Position numbers and translations under genes: made by a program. Shown here piece after piece: positions 29,322-39,915 of a stretch of DNA of 64,000 bases. Below the pieces are notes generated by a model, which saw only the letters and a list, made by a program, of their open reading frames with translations, ran no database searches and was not told where the DNA came from. This stretch comes from a bacterium (GTDB lineage: Bacteria > Patescibacteriota > Minisyncoccia > UBA6257 > Colwellbacteraceae): NCBI GenBank assembly GCA_021787205.1, contig JAJYME010000007.1, forward strand, positions 10,334 to 74,333, read 5' to 3'. Position 1 is the first letter of the stretch, and every line of letters starts with the position of its first letter.

Positions 29322-30608
29322 TTAAGCGATGAAAGGAAATTTGGCGTACTCGCACTTGGGACCAAGCTCTGATTCGATTTCCATCAAGCGGTTATACTTA
29401 GCCACTCTTTCCGAGCGGCAGGGAGCGCCAGTCTTGATCTGACCGGTGCCTAAGGCGACTACCAAGTCAGCAATAAACGTATCCTCCGTTTCGCCGCTCC
29501 TGTGGGAGATGACAGCAGTCATACCGGATCTGAGAGCCAAATTGACGGCGCTCACGGTTTCCGTCAAGGATCCGATCTGATTCAACTTGATCAGAATGGA
29601 ATTGGAAGTTTTTTCTGCGATCCCCCTCTCTAATCTTTTGACGTTAGTGACATAAAGGTCATCACCGACGACCTGCCCTTTGTTATCCAATTCAGCGGTA
29701 AACTTTTGGAAGGCGCTCCAATCATCCTCAGCAAAAATGTCTTCAAAGGAATAAATAGGATATTTTCGGACTAATCCGTGATAGAAGGCGGATAGCTCAT
29801 CTGAAGAAACGTTCTTTCCCTCCTTTTTAAGCTCATAGACCCCGTCTTTGAAAAATTCGGAGGCGGCGGCATCGATTCCAAAAACAATATCCTTTCCCAA
29901 GACATAACCGGCATTCTCGATTGCCTCCTTCATAAGCTCAAACGGTTCCTCATTTGAAGAGACCGCCGGGGCAAAACCGCCCTCATCGCCAACGGCAATG
30001 CCATATTTCTTGCTCTTCAGAACCTTCTTGAGCTGAGCGTAAGTTTCGGCACACATCCTGATAGCATCACTCTCAGTCTTAGCCGCAACCGGCAGGATCA
30101 TATATTCCTGGATATCAGTCGCCCAATCAGCGTGCTTGCCTCCATTCATGACGTTCATCATCGGGACCGGCAGATAGTATTTGCCAGAAAAATCAGGATT
30201 GAACTTGGTCAGATATTCGTAAAGAGGAATGCCTTTTGAAACGGCAGCCGCCCTGGCCACGGCCAGAGAAACAGACAGGATAGCGTTGGCGCCCAGCTTA
30301 GTCTTGTTTTCAGTCCCGTCTAGGGAAATCATAAGGCTGTCAATTTTTTCCTGCTCATCGGCTTCGTGCCCGATGATGGCCGGAGCAATGACTTCCTCCA
30401 CATTCTTGATGGCGGTCAAGACTCCATTGCCTGAATAACGGGATTTATCCCCGTCTCTCAATTCGCACGCTTCATAAGCCCCAGTTGAGGCGCCGGAAGG
30501 AACTGCGGCGGAGCCAGCCGAACCATCTTCCAGAGTGACAGTGGTCTTGATAGTCGGATTTCCGCGGCTATCCAATATTTCCAAAGCCTTTACTGATTTG
30601 ATTTTCAT
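29322..30608 (-). CDS. eno: Enolase.
   Basis: [19 protein letters not shown] and SHRSGETED motifs. Confidence 0.95.
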   Translation of the reverse strand: MKIKSVKALEILDSRGNPTIKTTVTLEDGSAGSAAVPSGASTGAYEACELRDGDKSRYSGNGVLTAIKNVEEVIAPAIIGHEADEQEKIDSLMISLDGTENKTKLGANAILSVSLAVARAAAVSKGIPLYEYLTKFNPDFSGKYYLPVPMMNVMNGGKHADWATDIQEYMILPVAAKTESDAIRMCAETYAQLKKVLKSKKYGIAVGDEGGFAPAVSSNEEPFELMKEAIENAGYVLGKDIVFGIDAAASEFFKDGVYELKKEGKNVSSDELSAFYHGLVRKYPIYSFEDIFAEDDWSAFQKFTAELDNKGQVVGDDLYVTNVKRLERGIAEKTSNSILIKLNQIGSLTETVSAVNLALRSGMTAVISHRSGETEDTFIADLVVALGTGQIKTGAPCRSERVAKYNRLMEIESELGPKCEYAKFPFIA

Positions 30609-30704
30609 AACTTGGTCATTATACCTTAAAAACCCGGTTTTTTAAAGAATGGAACAACAAAAAAAACCGCCAATAAAGGCGGTTTTATTATCTAACACAT
30701 AAAC

Positions 30705-31970
30705 TTACAGAAATGTAAAAGTCGAGATTATTTTATCCATTGATTTTTTGTAAATATCGTCACTACCGGTGTATTTAAATATTAAATACAAGTCATAAAA
30801 AGGAGTAATCGTAGTTGATCCGACTATTCTATTGTTTTTATTACATATATATTGTTTAGCTTTTTCCCCGCCAATGCTTATCTCCGAAACTGCAGTCTGG
30901 CACTCTGGGATAAATGCATCGACTTGCTCTTTTCTTACAAGTCTAATGACTAGCGTATGGTCATAACTACAAGCGGCAAATAACTCTTCTTTTATCGCTT
31001 TCCTTTCTTTTTCGCTTTCATCCGACACATCACTACATCTTAAATCGTCCCCATTAAACGTTAAACTATCCTTATCAAACCATGTTTTGTAAAATTTAAA
31101 CATAAATCCGTGTCCACCAATAATCTTATAGTATGTATTGTAATCTCCATCATCATCCCACTCCTTGTTCAGCATCGGATTTTCCCCTGGAGGAATAGTG
31201 AATCTAAGATTAGCAACAGTTTTTTTAAAATCATCTTTATCAATTTTACGTGACCATATCATCATTCTCAAATCACCTATTGGAATAATATATCCCATTA
31301 ATTTTTCTTTATCGTCAACATCACAATAGTCATCATCACATGCTATGTATTTAGTACTCTTTATTCCAGATATTTCAACTTTTTCTGTCTCTTTTGCATG
31401 ATTTTTCAAAAAATTGTCGGCAAACAACTTTGTAGTGACATTTATTGAAACCGGATCGGTAAATTTATTATCGCCGTTTTCATCGACATACCATCTGGCA
31501 AGTCGAGTATATAGCTTACTATAATAATTCATCCCTACTTGCTCATTTAATATATTCCATTCCTTAGGGAAGGATACTTCAAAACCGAATTTAGGACAGG
31601 AATAGGTTTTGGTGCCATCTTCGTTTACGGTAATTTTAGAAACCCTGGCTATCGGATCAAGATTATCTGTATGCTGGTCGTGATCGATAGTAACCATTTT
31701 TTTCTCGGCCTCAGTTAATCCAAGCCATTTGATCAATCTTTCCCGGTCCGTTTCTTTGTTATCTTCTTGATTCTCTTGATCGTTTTTTTGGTTTTGCTCT
31801 ATGTTGGATTTAATGGAAAATTCCTTCTTGTTCTCTTTCTTAGAATTATTAACAATCTTAGGAGAAATAATAGGATAAAATCTTATAACGATTACAGAAA
31901 CACAAGCAAAAATAATAAAAGACAAAGTTACGACTAATATTGATTTCTTTGAGGGTTTTATAAATTTCAT
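30705..31970 (-). CDS. Hypothetical membrane-anchored or secreted Cys-rich protein (421 aa), located in the AT-rich islet.
   Basis: N-terminal TM anchor, an N/Q/E-rich linker, then a Cys-containing globular region. No family recognised. Local GC is visibly lower than the surrounding sequence. Confidence 0.5.
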   Translation of the reverse strand: MKFIKPSKKSILVVTLSFIIFACVSVIVIRFYPIISPKIVNNSKKENKKEFSIKSNIEQNQKNDQENQEDNKETDRERLIKWLGLTEAEKKMVTIDHDQHTDNLDPIARVSKITVNEDGTKTYSCPKFGFEVSFPKEWNILNEQVGMNYYSKLYTRLARWYVDENGDNKFTDPVSINVTTKLFADNFLKNHAKETEKVEISGIKSTKYIACDDDYCDVDDKEKLMGYIIPIGDLRMMIWSRKIDKDDFKKTVANLRFTIPPGENPMLNKEWDDDGDYNTYYKIIGGHGFMFKFYKTWFDKDSLTFNGDDLRCSDVSDESEKERKAIKEELFAACSYDHTLVIRLVRKEQVDAFIPECQTAVSEISIGGEKAKQYICNKNNRIVGSTTITPFYDLYLIFKYTGSDDIYKKSMDKIISTFTFL

Positions 31971-33724
31971 TGATTTTCCGCCAAAACAGCTTTGTTATTT
32001 TCTATATATAAAGTATACCCCTTCTTTGCAATCTTATTCAACGGAATGTTATCTAATAGAACATTTTTCTTTCCTTTTATTGCTATTTCTAGAGAAAATA
32101 TTTTATTAAGAGAAACGTTGTCCTTTGGAATGATGCTTATTTTATATTTTCCATTTTTTTCATCATCCCAATATACGACTTCCTTATTTTTATCATCTCT
32201 TGAATATTTCAGGACTTTATCGCTTTTTTGTTTTTTCTCTGATTTTGTTGAAATAATTATCCCTTCAGGATTGGCAATAACCATATCTACTGTTGATGTG
32301 GCTTGAATAATTGCAGCAATTTGAGGATTGGGATTTACGCGCCGAATATCCTCATTGGGATTGAATATGTAGCCTTGATAGGTTTTGAAATCTGACAGCT
32401 GCGACCCTCCTATTCCAAAAGATATATTCGATTCAACTACCTCAACATTTGGCACAAGATTACCCGAATATATACCCACATGACCCTTTTGATTAGTCCC
32501 GTTTTTGCTTAAAAATAATAAGTCCCCAGGCTGTTTTTCAGCCTCAGAAACGGCATACGTATTAGCGCTATTGCTAAATTGACCTTGAGCATTTTCATCG
32601 TGAATGGCGTTATACAGACGGTTTTTAATAGGATCATACGAACGATTATATGACCACGATGAGAGACCGGAGCAATCAAGTCCTTCGCCCCATCTGGCCG
32701 CATCGTATCTGGCATCGTAGTAATAATAACCATCTTTTATCTGAGTTGAGGAGACATATCCTCCATTGTTTTGATCCCATCCCTTACCACCCCACGTTGC
32801 CCCGTCACCGAGATACGGAGCGCCAAAAGCTGAGTGGGCCTGTTTTATTGCTCTAAATGTCAAGGGATAATTAACTGAAAAATCAGTATTGTTTGCAATT
32901 CCAAACTCAGACCATGAAGAATATTTGTTGTTTGTTTCGTCAAACACCCTAACCCTCCAACGGTAAGATCCGTCCTTTATTTCTTTTATCCTTATCTCAG
33001 TCTCATTACTACCTGATGCATTTGTCGGATTTCCGGTGAATTGGCTGCTTGTGTCAATAACTTCCGCTTGCAATCTTAGACTACCTCCAATAGGAGAGGA
33101 AACTGTCGCTTTTATTGTCACAGCATCATTATTTACTAAACCCCCTTCTGGAATTACTATTGCTCCATCCTCGGTATATTGACCAAAAGAAACAATATAG
33201 GGAGCTTGGAGATCTATTGGATTCCTCAACGGCTGACTATCCGTCACGTTCTGACTGACTTGATAAGGAGAATCGCAAAACCCGTCTACATCCGCATCAA
33301 CACAACTTGTGTTTTTGGAGTAGTAATCATTATTGGCAGCAAAGGTGACGTTAGCTGCTCCAATATCATCTCCGGAATTATTGATAAAATTGTTATTGTG
33401 TATATTCGGAGTGGCACAGTTACTGCTATAAATGCCTGAATAAAAAGAATTGGAAAGGGTATTATTATAAGCCGAGAAATTTGAGGAACAAACAGCTATT
33501 CCATTAGCTTTGGACGAGTCAATAATACTGTGATGAATCTTATTGCCATCCCCGTAAGAGACAGACAATCCTGATTCCCTATTATTATTTAATTCGGAAT
33601 CGATTATCTCACTGTTATTAGATTGATAAAGAAGTATTCCGTCGAAGTTATCTGATGAATGTATATTTTCGAGCACTATGTTGTCCGAATACCAGGAAGA
33701 TACCCCCGCCCCGCCACTGACCAT
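31967..33724 (-). CDS. Right-handed beta-helix repeat protein fused to an NlpC/P60 cysteine peptidase domain (cell-wall hydrolase). The N-terminus appears truncated and no signal peptide is present.
   Basis: Asn/Ser-rich parallel-beta-helix repeats (NNTLSNSFYSGIYSSN ...), then GLDCSGLSSWSY and KGHVGIYSGN (the NlpC/P60 Cys and His). The ATG is fused directly to the 114 bp repeat module. Confidence 0.65.
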   Translation of the reverse strand: MVSGGAGVSSWYSDNIVLENIHSSDNFDGILLYQSNNSEIIDSELNNNRESGLSVSYGDGNKIHHSIIDSSKANGIAVCSSNFSAYNNTLSNSFYSGIYSSNCATPNIHNNNFINNSGDDIGAANVTFAANNDYYSKNTSCVDADVDGFCDSPYQVSQNVTDSQPLRNPIDLQAPYIVSFGQYTEDGAIVIPEGGLVNNDAVTIKATVSSPIGGSLRLQAEVIDTSSQFTGNPTNASGSNETEIRIKEIKDGSYRWRVRVFDETNNKYSSWSEFGIANNTDFSVNYPLTFRAIKQAHSAFGAPYLGDGATWGGKGWDQNNGGYVSSTQIKDGYYYYDARYDAARWGEGLDCSGLSSWSYNRSYDPIKNRLYNAIHDENAQGQFSNSANTYAVSEAEKQPGDLLFLSKNGTNQKGHVGIYSGNLVPNVEVVESNISFGIGGSQLSDFKTYQGYIFNPNEDIRRVNPNPQIAAIIQATSTVDMVIANPEGIIISTKSEKKQKSDKVLKYSRDDKNKEVVYWDDEKNGKYKISIIPKDNVSLNKIFSLEIAIKGKKNVLLDNIPLNKIAKKGYTLYIENNKAVLAENQ

Positions 33725-33838
33725 AAAGTGTTAAGAAAAGGTAAAAAAATTGTTAAGGAATTGTTAAGAGATATCAAAAAAAACCGCATAAAATGCGGTT
33801 TTTATTTACTGCTTTTGGGAATAAAAAGTTATCCACAG
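33725..33838. repeat. Copy A of a ~114 bp intergenic module (terminator hairpin plus TTAACA-rich promoter-like segment); about 99% identical to 53319..53432.
   Basis: Direct visual alignment of the two copies shows a single 1 nt indel in an A-run. Confidence 0.85.
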
Positions 33839-33846
33839 GGAGAAAA

Positions 33847-33875
33847 TAAAAACACCCGGGAAACCGGTTGTTTTT
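33847..33875 (-). terminator. Intrinsic terminator downstream of mraY.
   Basis: aaaaacaaccgg tttc ccgggtgttttt on the minus strand. Confidence 0.55.
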
Positions 33876-33881
33876 ATTTTC

Positions 33882-34928
33882 TTATAAAATCAAGTCCAAA
33901 AGGAAAATGACAAGTCCGACAGAAGCCGAAACCCAAGCGATAATCCAGGCTCGCATAGTGATCTGGGTTTCCGGCATTCCGATCGCCTCAAAGTGATGAT
34001 GGATCGGAGTCGACAGAAAGAGCTTCTTCTTGAAGACTTTCTTGTAGACCTTCTGGATGATGACCGTAATCGACTCCATCATAGGAATGAAGGCGATGAA
34101 AGGCAAAAGAAGAGCGGAGTTGGTCAAGAGAGCGATGATACCCATAGTAATCCCAAGACACATCGAACCGGTATCTCCCATAAAGAATTTGGCCGGATTG
34201 ACATTATTCCACAAGAAAGCGATCAGGGCGCCGATTATCGCTCCCGTAAAGGCCGCCAAATCATATCGCCCCATAAGAAAAGCGATAATTCCCAAGGCGG
34301 CGAAAATGAAGATGGAGACGCCTCCCAAAAGGCCGTCCAAACCGTCAGTTTCGTTAGCCGAGAAGGCGGAAGCCATGATTATGAAAATGAAAAACGGGAC
34401 ATACCACCAGCCGATATCAAAATTGCCAAAGAAAGGAACGTGCAAAACGTGCCAATCCAGGAATCTCGGAGAGAAGAACCAGAAAGCGCCGATTCCGCCC
34501 ATAACAGCATAAACGGAGAGCCTGATTCTCATCGAAAGGCCACCCCCCTTAGGTCCGATTCTCAGAACGCCTAAAATATCGTCCGCAAGCCCGACCAGGG
34601 CGGCAAAGACTAAGGCCAGAATCGGAAGATAAGTCTCAGCCCGGTTGACGATATTCAAATGGACGAACCGACCGCCGAAAAGATTAGCAGCCAGACTCGT
34701 CAAAAGGACGACGATCAAGACAGCGGCCCAAATGATGATCCCTCCCATAGTCGGAGTGCCCGCTTTTTTAGAATGAAGAGAGGCAAAAACCGGAGCGGCT
34801 TCAGCTGATTTGATCTGTTTCTTAACGCCGAATTTCTTAAGCAAACGGAAGACTATCGGAGTCAAGGCGGTCGCCGCTGCGAAAGAAAGAAGGAAAATGG
34901 AAATTATTTTTACAACCTGAACAAGCAT
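33882..34928 (-). CDS. mraY: Phospho-N-acetylmuramoyl-pentapeptide transferase.
   Basis: Multi-TM protein with the GLADDILG, NETDGLDGL and HHHFE motifs. Confidence 0.9.
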   Translation of the reverse strand: MLVQVVKIISIFLLSFAAATALTPIVFRLLKKFGVKKQIKSAEAAPVFASLHSKKAGTPTMGGIIIWAAVLIVVLLTSLAANLFGGRFVHLNIVNRAETYLPILALVFAALVGLADDILGVLRIGPKGGGLSMRIRLSVYAVMGGIGAFWFFSPRFLDWHVLHVPFFGNFDIGWWYVPFFIFIIMASAFSANETDGLDGLLGGVSIFIFAALGIIAFLMGRYDLAAFTGAIIGALIAFLWNNVNPAKFFMGDTGSMCLGITMGIIALLTNSALLLPFIAFIPMMESITVIIQKVYKKVFKKKLFLSTPIHHHFEAIGMPETQITMRAWIIAWVSASVGLVIFLLDLIL

Positions 34929-34930
34929 GG

Positions 34931-35932
34931 TTAATTGTTTTTATTTTTATCGTTGTCTGACTTTTGTTTTTCCGTTAGGAAAGCGATTATCTTCTTCGCC
35001 TCGGTAATCCTATCCTCGGCGCCAAAGATCATAATGACCACTCTTTTGTTATTCAACGAAAAGGTAGAAATAAGATTCTGTCGGGCATCATCGGTGAACC
35101 CGGTCTTGCCGCCAACAAACCTGGGGTCATAAACCAGCTGATTGATATTGGTCAAAGTGCGGGTCTTGCCGCCATTAATTTCCGTGATCGAAGCCTTGGT
35201 CTTATGAGAAGCCGAAAAGATCTCCGGATGATTCTGCCAAACGTACTTCGTGAGAAGCATCAAATCGGAAAGGGACGACTGGTTCAGTGAGGACATTCCT
35301 GAAGGCTCATTGTAGTAAGTGTTCAACATCCCCAAGTCGTGGGCTTTTTTGTTCATCAAATCGACGAACTTATTCCCTTCCATATTCTCCGACAAGGCAA
35401 CGGCGGCCTTATTGCTCGATACGACCATCATCGAAGTGATGAGATCCTGAACGGTATAGGTTTCCCCGGCGTGGAAGTCTCCGGCGGTGCCATAAGCATC
35501 GGCGGCCTTCTCGCTCAAGATAACCTTGTCATCGAGTTTGTAGTTTTCCAAAGCGATTGTCGCCGTCATCACCTTGCTTAGTGAAGCTATCGGCCAGCGT
35601 CTCTCCTCATTCAAGACAAAATATTTTTCTCCAGTATCCAAGTCTATCGCCACAGCGGATTCGACCGCCAGATTATCCGGAAACTTCTTATCATCAGTCT
35701 TATCTTTCGGCGGAGCGACGTTTATTTCCGGTTTGCTCAAAAGCTCGGTTTCCGAATTCTTGATCGGCATCTCCTGATTGACCGGGACCATCACCTCGGC
35801 TTTGAATTGCTCGCTTCCGGCTCTGACTCCTTCCTTGGGGATAGCAAGGGCAAGCTTGGCGCCGACACCGATCAAGACAAACAAGGCAAAACCGATTACT
35901 ATTTTAATCTCCTGTTTCTTCATTTCTTTCAA
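34931..35932 (-). CDS. D-alanyl-D-alanine carboxypeptidase (S11, PBP5-like) with an N-terminal membrane anchor.
   Basis: SLSK (SxxK), SSN (SxN) and KTG motifs at the canonical spacing. Confidence 0.8.
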   Translation of the reverse strand: MKEMKKQEIKIVIGFALFVLIGVGAKLALAIPKEGVRAGSEQFKAEVMVPVNQEMPIKNSETELLSKPEINVAPPKDKTDDKKFPDNLAVESAVAIDLDTGEKYFVLNEERRWPIASLSKVMTATIALENYKLDDKVILSEKAADAYGTAGDFHAGETYTVQDLITSMMVVSSNKAAVALSENMEGNKFVDLMNKKAHDLGMLNTYYNEPSGMSSLNQSSLSDLMLLTKYVWQNHPEIFSASHKTKASITEINGGKTRTLTNINQLVYDPRFVGGKTGFTDDARQNLISTFSLNNKRVVIMIFGAEDRITEAKKIIAFLTEKQKSDNDKNKNN

Positions 35933-36452
35933 TCATTTTTTTCAACTCCCTATACCTTGCAAATTCAGGCAAGTTTTCGATCTTTTCGACACCAAGACGC
36001 TTCAAGATATCAGCCGTCGGACGGTAAAGATAGGCATTAGCTTTTTCCGGATGAGGAATCCTTTCAATCAACCCCCTCAACATCAAAGTCCTGATTGAGA
36101 AGGATGAGTTCACCCCTCTAATGTATTCCACCGAGGAGCGGCTGATCGGACCAAGGTAAGAAATGATGGCTAGGATCTCCGTCGCCGCCGGCGTCAGGTC
36201 TTCGTCGATTTCGGTCTTTAATATTTTTTCTATCGTTTCGGAATGCTTGGCCGAAGTGACGAGCTCATATGACCCTTCGTGCTCGAACAAAGACAGTCCC
36301 GAATTTGACTGGTTATAATAATTTCTAAGCTCTTCAAGATTTTTGATGACTTCGTCATCTTTCAAGTCCATTATGCCTGCAATTTTTTTCACATTCGCCG
36401 GCTCCCCAAATGCAAAGAGAACCGCCTCCAACTTTGACAAGGTATCGTTCAT
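35904..36452 (-). CDS. scpB: Segregation and condensation protein B.
   Basis: LEAVLFAFGEP N-terminus and tandem winged-helix pattern; adjacent to scpA. Confidence 0.8.
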   Translation of the reverse strand: MNDTLSKLEAVLFAFGEPANVKKIAGIMDLKDDEVIKNLEELRNYYNQSNSGLSLFEHEGSYELVTSAKHSETIEKILKTEIDEDLTPAATEILAIISYLGPISRSSVEYIRGVNSSFSIRTLMLRGLIERIPHPEKANAYLYRPTADILKRLGVEKIENLPEFARYRELKKMIERNEETGD

Positions 36453-36517
36453 AATTTCCCTTATTTTAACTCATTCTGAACAAAAAATAAAACAAAGCCG
36501 GGGGCTTTGTTTTATGG

Positions 36518-37222
36518 TCAGTTGGAACGGATGGTGATGTCTGAAAAGTGGGAATCCTGTTGGATCGAAATCTTGTTCTCGCGAAGAAGGTTTAGGACGG
36601 CGATGAAGAAGATGATCACCTCTCTTTTGTCCTTTCCGGAGGCGACGTCGGAAAACTTGGTAATCCTGCCGGAGACCCTGTCCCAAAGATTGGCGATGTA
36701 TTCTTCCAGATTAAGAGCATCATACTTTTCATAGCGTTTTTCCAGCTCCTCGATGATATTGATGGATTTCTTAAGGTTGAGGAGCAAGATCTCCGCTGTC
36801 AGGTTCTGGGGAGGGAGAAAGACAACCTTGTCGTCAGCCTTCTTTCTCTTTCTCTCCGGACGGGAAAATAATGTCTGTCTCTTGCCATATAATTCGCCAA
36901 AGAGAATGGTGGCGCCCTTAAATTGCTGATAAATCTTCAACCTCTCTTCAAGGTCGGTTATCTGCTCCTCTTCTTCCGGAGTCAGCTCGATATCAGGCAC
37001 CAAGTCCCTGGACTTAATAAGCATCAATCGGGCGGCAACGCTGATAAAATCCGCCAGAAGCCTCGGATGGGCATTGCTTAAGGAATTCACGAAGTCCACA
37101 AAATCTCCGGTGACCTTAGCCAGGTCAACTGACCTGATCTCATATTTCTTGTCCTCGATCAGGGAGAGCAGCTTTGAGATCGGACCGGAAAAGTTTTCCA
37201 AATTTATTTCGTAAATCGGCAT
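36518..37222 (-). CDS. scpA: Segregation and condensation protein A (kleisin).
   Basis: FSGPISKLLSLIEDKKYEI ... N-terminal ScpA signature; 234 aa. Confidence 0.8.
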   Translation of the reverse strand: MPIYEINLENFSGPISKLLSLIEDKKYEIRSVDLAKVTGDFVDFVNSLSNAHPRLLADFISVAARLMLIKSRDLVPDIELTPEEEEQITDLEERLKIYQQFKGATILFGELYGKRQTLFSRPERKRKKADDKVVFLPPQNLTAEILLLNLKKSINIIEELEKRYEKYDALNLEEYIANLWDRVSGRITKFSDVASGKDKREVIIFFIAVLNLLRENKISIQQDSHFSDITIRSN

Positions 37223-37223
37223 T

Positions 37224-38642
37224 TTAATTTTGGGTTTGATATCTTGATTTTACCAAATCTATCAATTTAATGACATCGTGTTTGGCATTGTTGGAGTCGA
37301 TAACTACCACTCCCAGGTTTCTTTCACTCTCCCCTATCTTCATCTTGAAGACGGCAATCATCGATTCCTTTTCAGTGTATTTGCCGATCTTGCCGCCGGC
37401 AAACTCCGACTCCTCGGGAATAAGGTTAAAATTCTCCAAGTTCTCGTATCGGAAAAAATCATTCTGCGGTTTGATCGAATTGCTGGAGATGCCCCAGATG
37501 AAAGGACGGTCGTTCTCGATGTATTGGGCAAGCTCCATAAGGTCGGAGGCGGTGCTTGTATTGTCATACAAGACTCCCGAGGAATCGGCAAAAAAGGAGC
37601 TACTCATTCCGATGGCTCTGGCCTTGTCATTCATCAAGGAAACGAATCTCTTGGTCCCGATGTTCCTGGCGAAGACTTCTGCCGCCTCGTTTGACGATTC
37701 GTTGATGAGAGGGAAAAGCAGGTTATAAGACGAGACCATATCCTCGGCGGAAAATCTCGGCTTCGTAGTCTTCACAAGCGCTTCCGCCGGAACGTAGATA
37801 TCCTTGTTCAAATTCACATATTCCATGGCGATCAAAGCAGTCAGGAGCTTGGTGAGAGAAGCGACCGAATACGGCTGGTTCTCGTTCTTATTATAAAACA
37901 CAAAACCATTGTTAAGATCCCTGACCAGATAGGCGCTTGATGTCACATCCGCCGCTTCGGCGTTATCCGTCTTTTTCTCGTAAACAAAGCTGTCGTCGAG
38001 GAGTGATTGTTTGTAAACCAGGACCGGCATACCGATGCTCGCCAGCGAGAAAACGTTTTCCGCATCAGGGGTTTCAAGCCGGATACAACCGCCGGAGTAG
38101 GAGGAGACCACCGGCTCTCCACCTTCATAATACGGCCAGCCATGAATGAAGAAATTTCCTTGGAAAACCATACTCCAGGGCTGATAAACATGGCCGAAGG
38201 AAGAAAAATGATTGGCCTCCTTGTTCTTGATCTCATAAAGGCCGGATGGAGTCTCCCACCAAGAGTTATCCTTGCCTTTGGCGACAATCTTGACCTCCTT
38301 CAGGACTTCCCCGCCCTTCCAGACCCTTAAAACCATCCCTGTCAGGTCAGCTTCGATAAAATCAACCCTGTTAGCAATAAAATCCTCCCTGGCTTTCTGA
38401 AAAAAATTCTCGGTCCTTACCGTCTCGATTTCCTTGATTTTTGGTTCAATCAAGATATTCCCCTGATCGGAAGCAATAGTCGGATAATCGATCTCGGTCA
38501 CCTTCTTGGCCTTGATAAATTCATAAAAAAACAAAAACAAGCCGGAGATAACGGCGATGGCGATGATAATCCTGATGATTGTTCCGCTTATTTTTGTTTT
38601 TGGGGTTTCTAATGCTAATTCTTTCTCGTTTTCAATCTCCAT
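37224..38642 (-). CDS. Fusion protein with an L,D-transpeptidase (YkuD) N-terminal half and an S11 D,D-carboxypeptidase-like C-terminal half.
   Basis: HGWPYYEGGEPVVSSYSGGCIRL (the L,D-transpeptidase His/Cys motif) followed by SLTKLLT (SxxK), SSN and a KIG/KTG-like motif. Confidence 0.7.
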   Translation of the reverse strand: MEIENEKELALETPKTKISGTIIRIIIAIAVISGLFLFFYEFIKAKKVTEIDYPTIASDQGNILIEPKIKEIETVRTENFFQKAREDFIANRVDFIEADLTGMVLRVWKGGEVLKEVKIVAKGKDNSWWETPSGLYEIKNKEANHFSSFGHVYQPWSMVFQGNFFIHGWPYYEGGEPVVSSYSGGCIRLETPDAENVFSLASIGMPVLVYKQSLLDDSFVYEKKTDNAEAADVTSSAYLVRDLNNGFVFYNKNENQPYSVASLTKLLTALIAMEYVNLNKDIYVPAEALVKTTKPRFSAEDMVSSYNLLFPLINESSNEAAEVFARNIGTKRFVSLMNDKARAIGMSSSFFADSSGVLYDNTSTASDLMELAQYIENDRPFIWGISSNSIKPQNDFFRYENLENFNLIPEESEFAGGKIGKYTEKESMIAVFKMKIGESERNLGVVVIDSNNAKHDVIKLIDLVKSRYQTQN

Positions 38643-39883
38643 TATTCTCCTTGGGTTGTTTTGGTGTTGATGTTCTGTGATAAAATCGCCTCCTTGGTAT
38701 AGATATTCTTAGGGCTCCAAAGCATCCAGCCGACGGAACCCGCATCCTTTGAAGCGGTTATCTGAGCTTTTACTTTTTCAGCGTCATAGACGGCACCAAG
38801 ACTGAAGTCTTGAAGCCAAGGACGGATTTTGGCGTTTATGGAAGGGTCTTTTGCCTTGGCTGCCGCTAATCTCTTCTCAGCGGACGCGAGGGAATAATTA
38901 ACCACTTCATAGGGATAATCTGCCGGATTCTTGTAGCCATCGAAGCCGGAAGCATAGTGGGAAGGATAAACCATCGGGGCGATATAATCAAAATAAGGAA
39001 AGGCGTTTTCAAGGATCTGCCCGATTCCCATATCGTCCTTATTGACGGTCACGAGGCCGAAGAGATCGGCCGAAATGGTCTTGCCAGGCAAAGATTCACG
39101 GACATATTTGAAGAAGGACTTGACGGCCGCCGATTTGGTGGTGGTTTTAAGATCAGTCACGGGGTAGACCGTCGCCCCAAGATTGCCATCGGAGGGAAAA
39201 CGGACATAATCAAAATTAATCTCATCGAAGCCGACATTAAAGGCATTCTTGGCCAGATTGATATTGTAATCCCAGGCATCCTTGGCCGAAGGATCGATCC
39301 AATAGAGCTTCTTATTGTCGCCCCAGAGATTACCCTTGCTGTCTTTGACGGCGATGTCCGGTCTCTTCTGGGCAAGGACCGGGTCTTGGAAAGTAGTGAT
39401 CCTCCCGATGACATAAATGTTATTAGCATGAAGATCGGCGACAAGCTTTCTGATATCGCTAATCCTGTTCTCCTCTCCCCCATACATGGAGATCTTGGCG
39501 TCTCCGGTCTTATAAGAAATGACGCCGGCGTAATCCTTAAGATCGATAACGACAGCGTTGGCGTCAGTCTCCGCAATGACCTTCTTAAGATAATCAACTC
39601 TCAAGGAAGAACCGGCAGTCCAGCCGGTGGCATAGATAGCCTTCACCTCAGAGGGCGGATTAGCAAGCGGTTTGCCCGGTTCGATAACGACAGGGCTCGG
39701 GGTGATGACCGGTTTCTGGCTCTCCGCCCCCTTCCCATCGGAACCTTGAGCGGCAGCAGTACTGACATCGCTTATTGCCCCACCCTTTATCTCCTCGACA
39801 TTGCCGGGCATATAATAAGCCGCCCCGATAAACCCGAGAACGACGATTAAAACTAAAACAAAGAACGCGAAGGCCTTTTTCAT
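38642..39883 (-). CDS. Putative secreted TIM-barrel glycoside-hydrolase-like protein (GHL/DUF4015-like).
   Basis: Signal anchor plus alternating beta-alpha pattern (VIDLKDY ... VIGRITTFQD ... FDEINFDYVRFP). Family recollection only. Confidence 0.45.
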   Translation of the reverse strand: MKKAFAFFVLVLIVVLGFIGAAYYMPGNVEEIKGGAISDVSTAAAQGSDGKGAESQKPVITPSPVVIEPGKPLANPPSEVKAIYATGWTAGSSLRVDYLKKVIAETDANAVVIDLKDYAGVISYKTGDAKISMYGGEENRISDIRKLVADLHANNIYVIGRITTFQDPVLAQKRPDIAVKDSKGNLWGDNKKLYWIDPSAKDAWDYNINLAKNAFNVGFDEINFDYVRFPSDGNLGATVYPVTDLKTTTKSAAVKSFFKYVRESLPGKTISADLFGLVTVNKDDMGIGQILENAFPYFDYIAPMVYPSHYASGFDGYKNPADYPYEVVNYSLASAEKRLAAAKAKDPSINAKIRPWLQDFSLGAVYDAEKVKAQITASKDAGSVGWMLWSPKNIYTKEAILSQNINTKTTQGE

Positions 39884-39915
39884 TACCCTTCATTTTACAG
39901 GAAAAAGCCTATATA

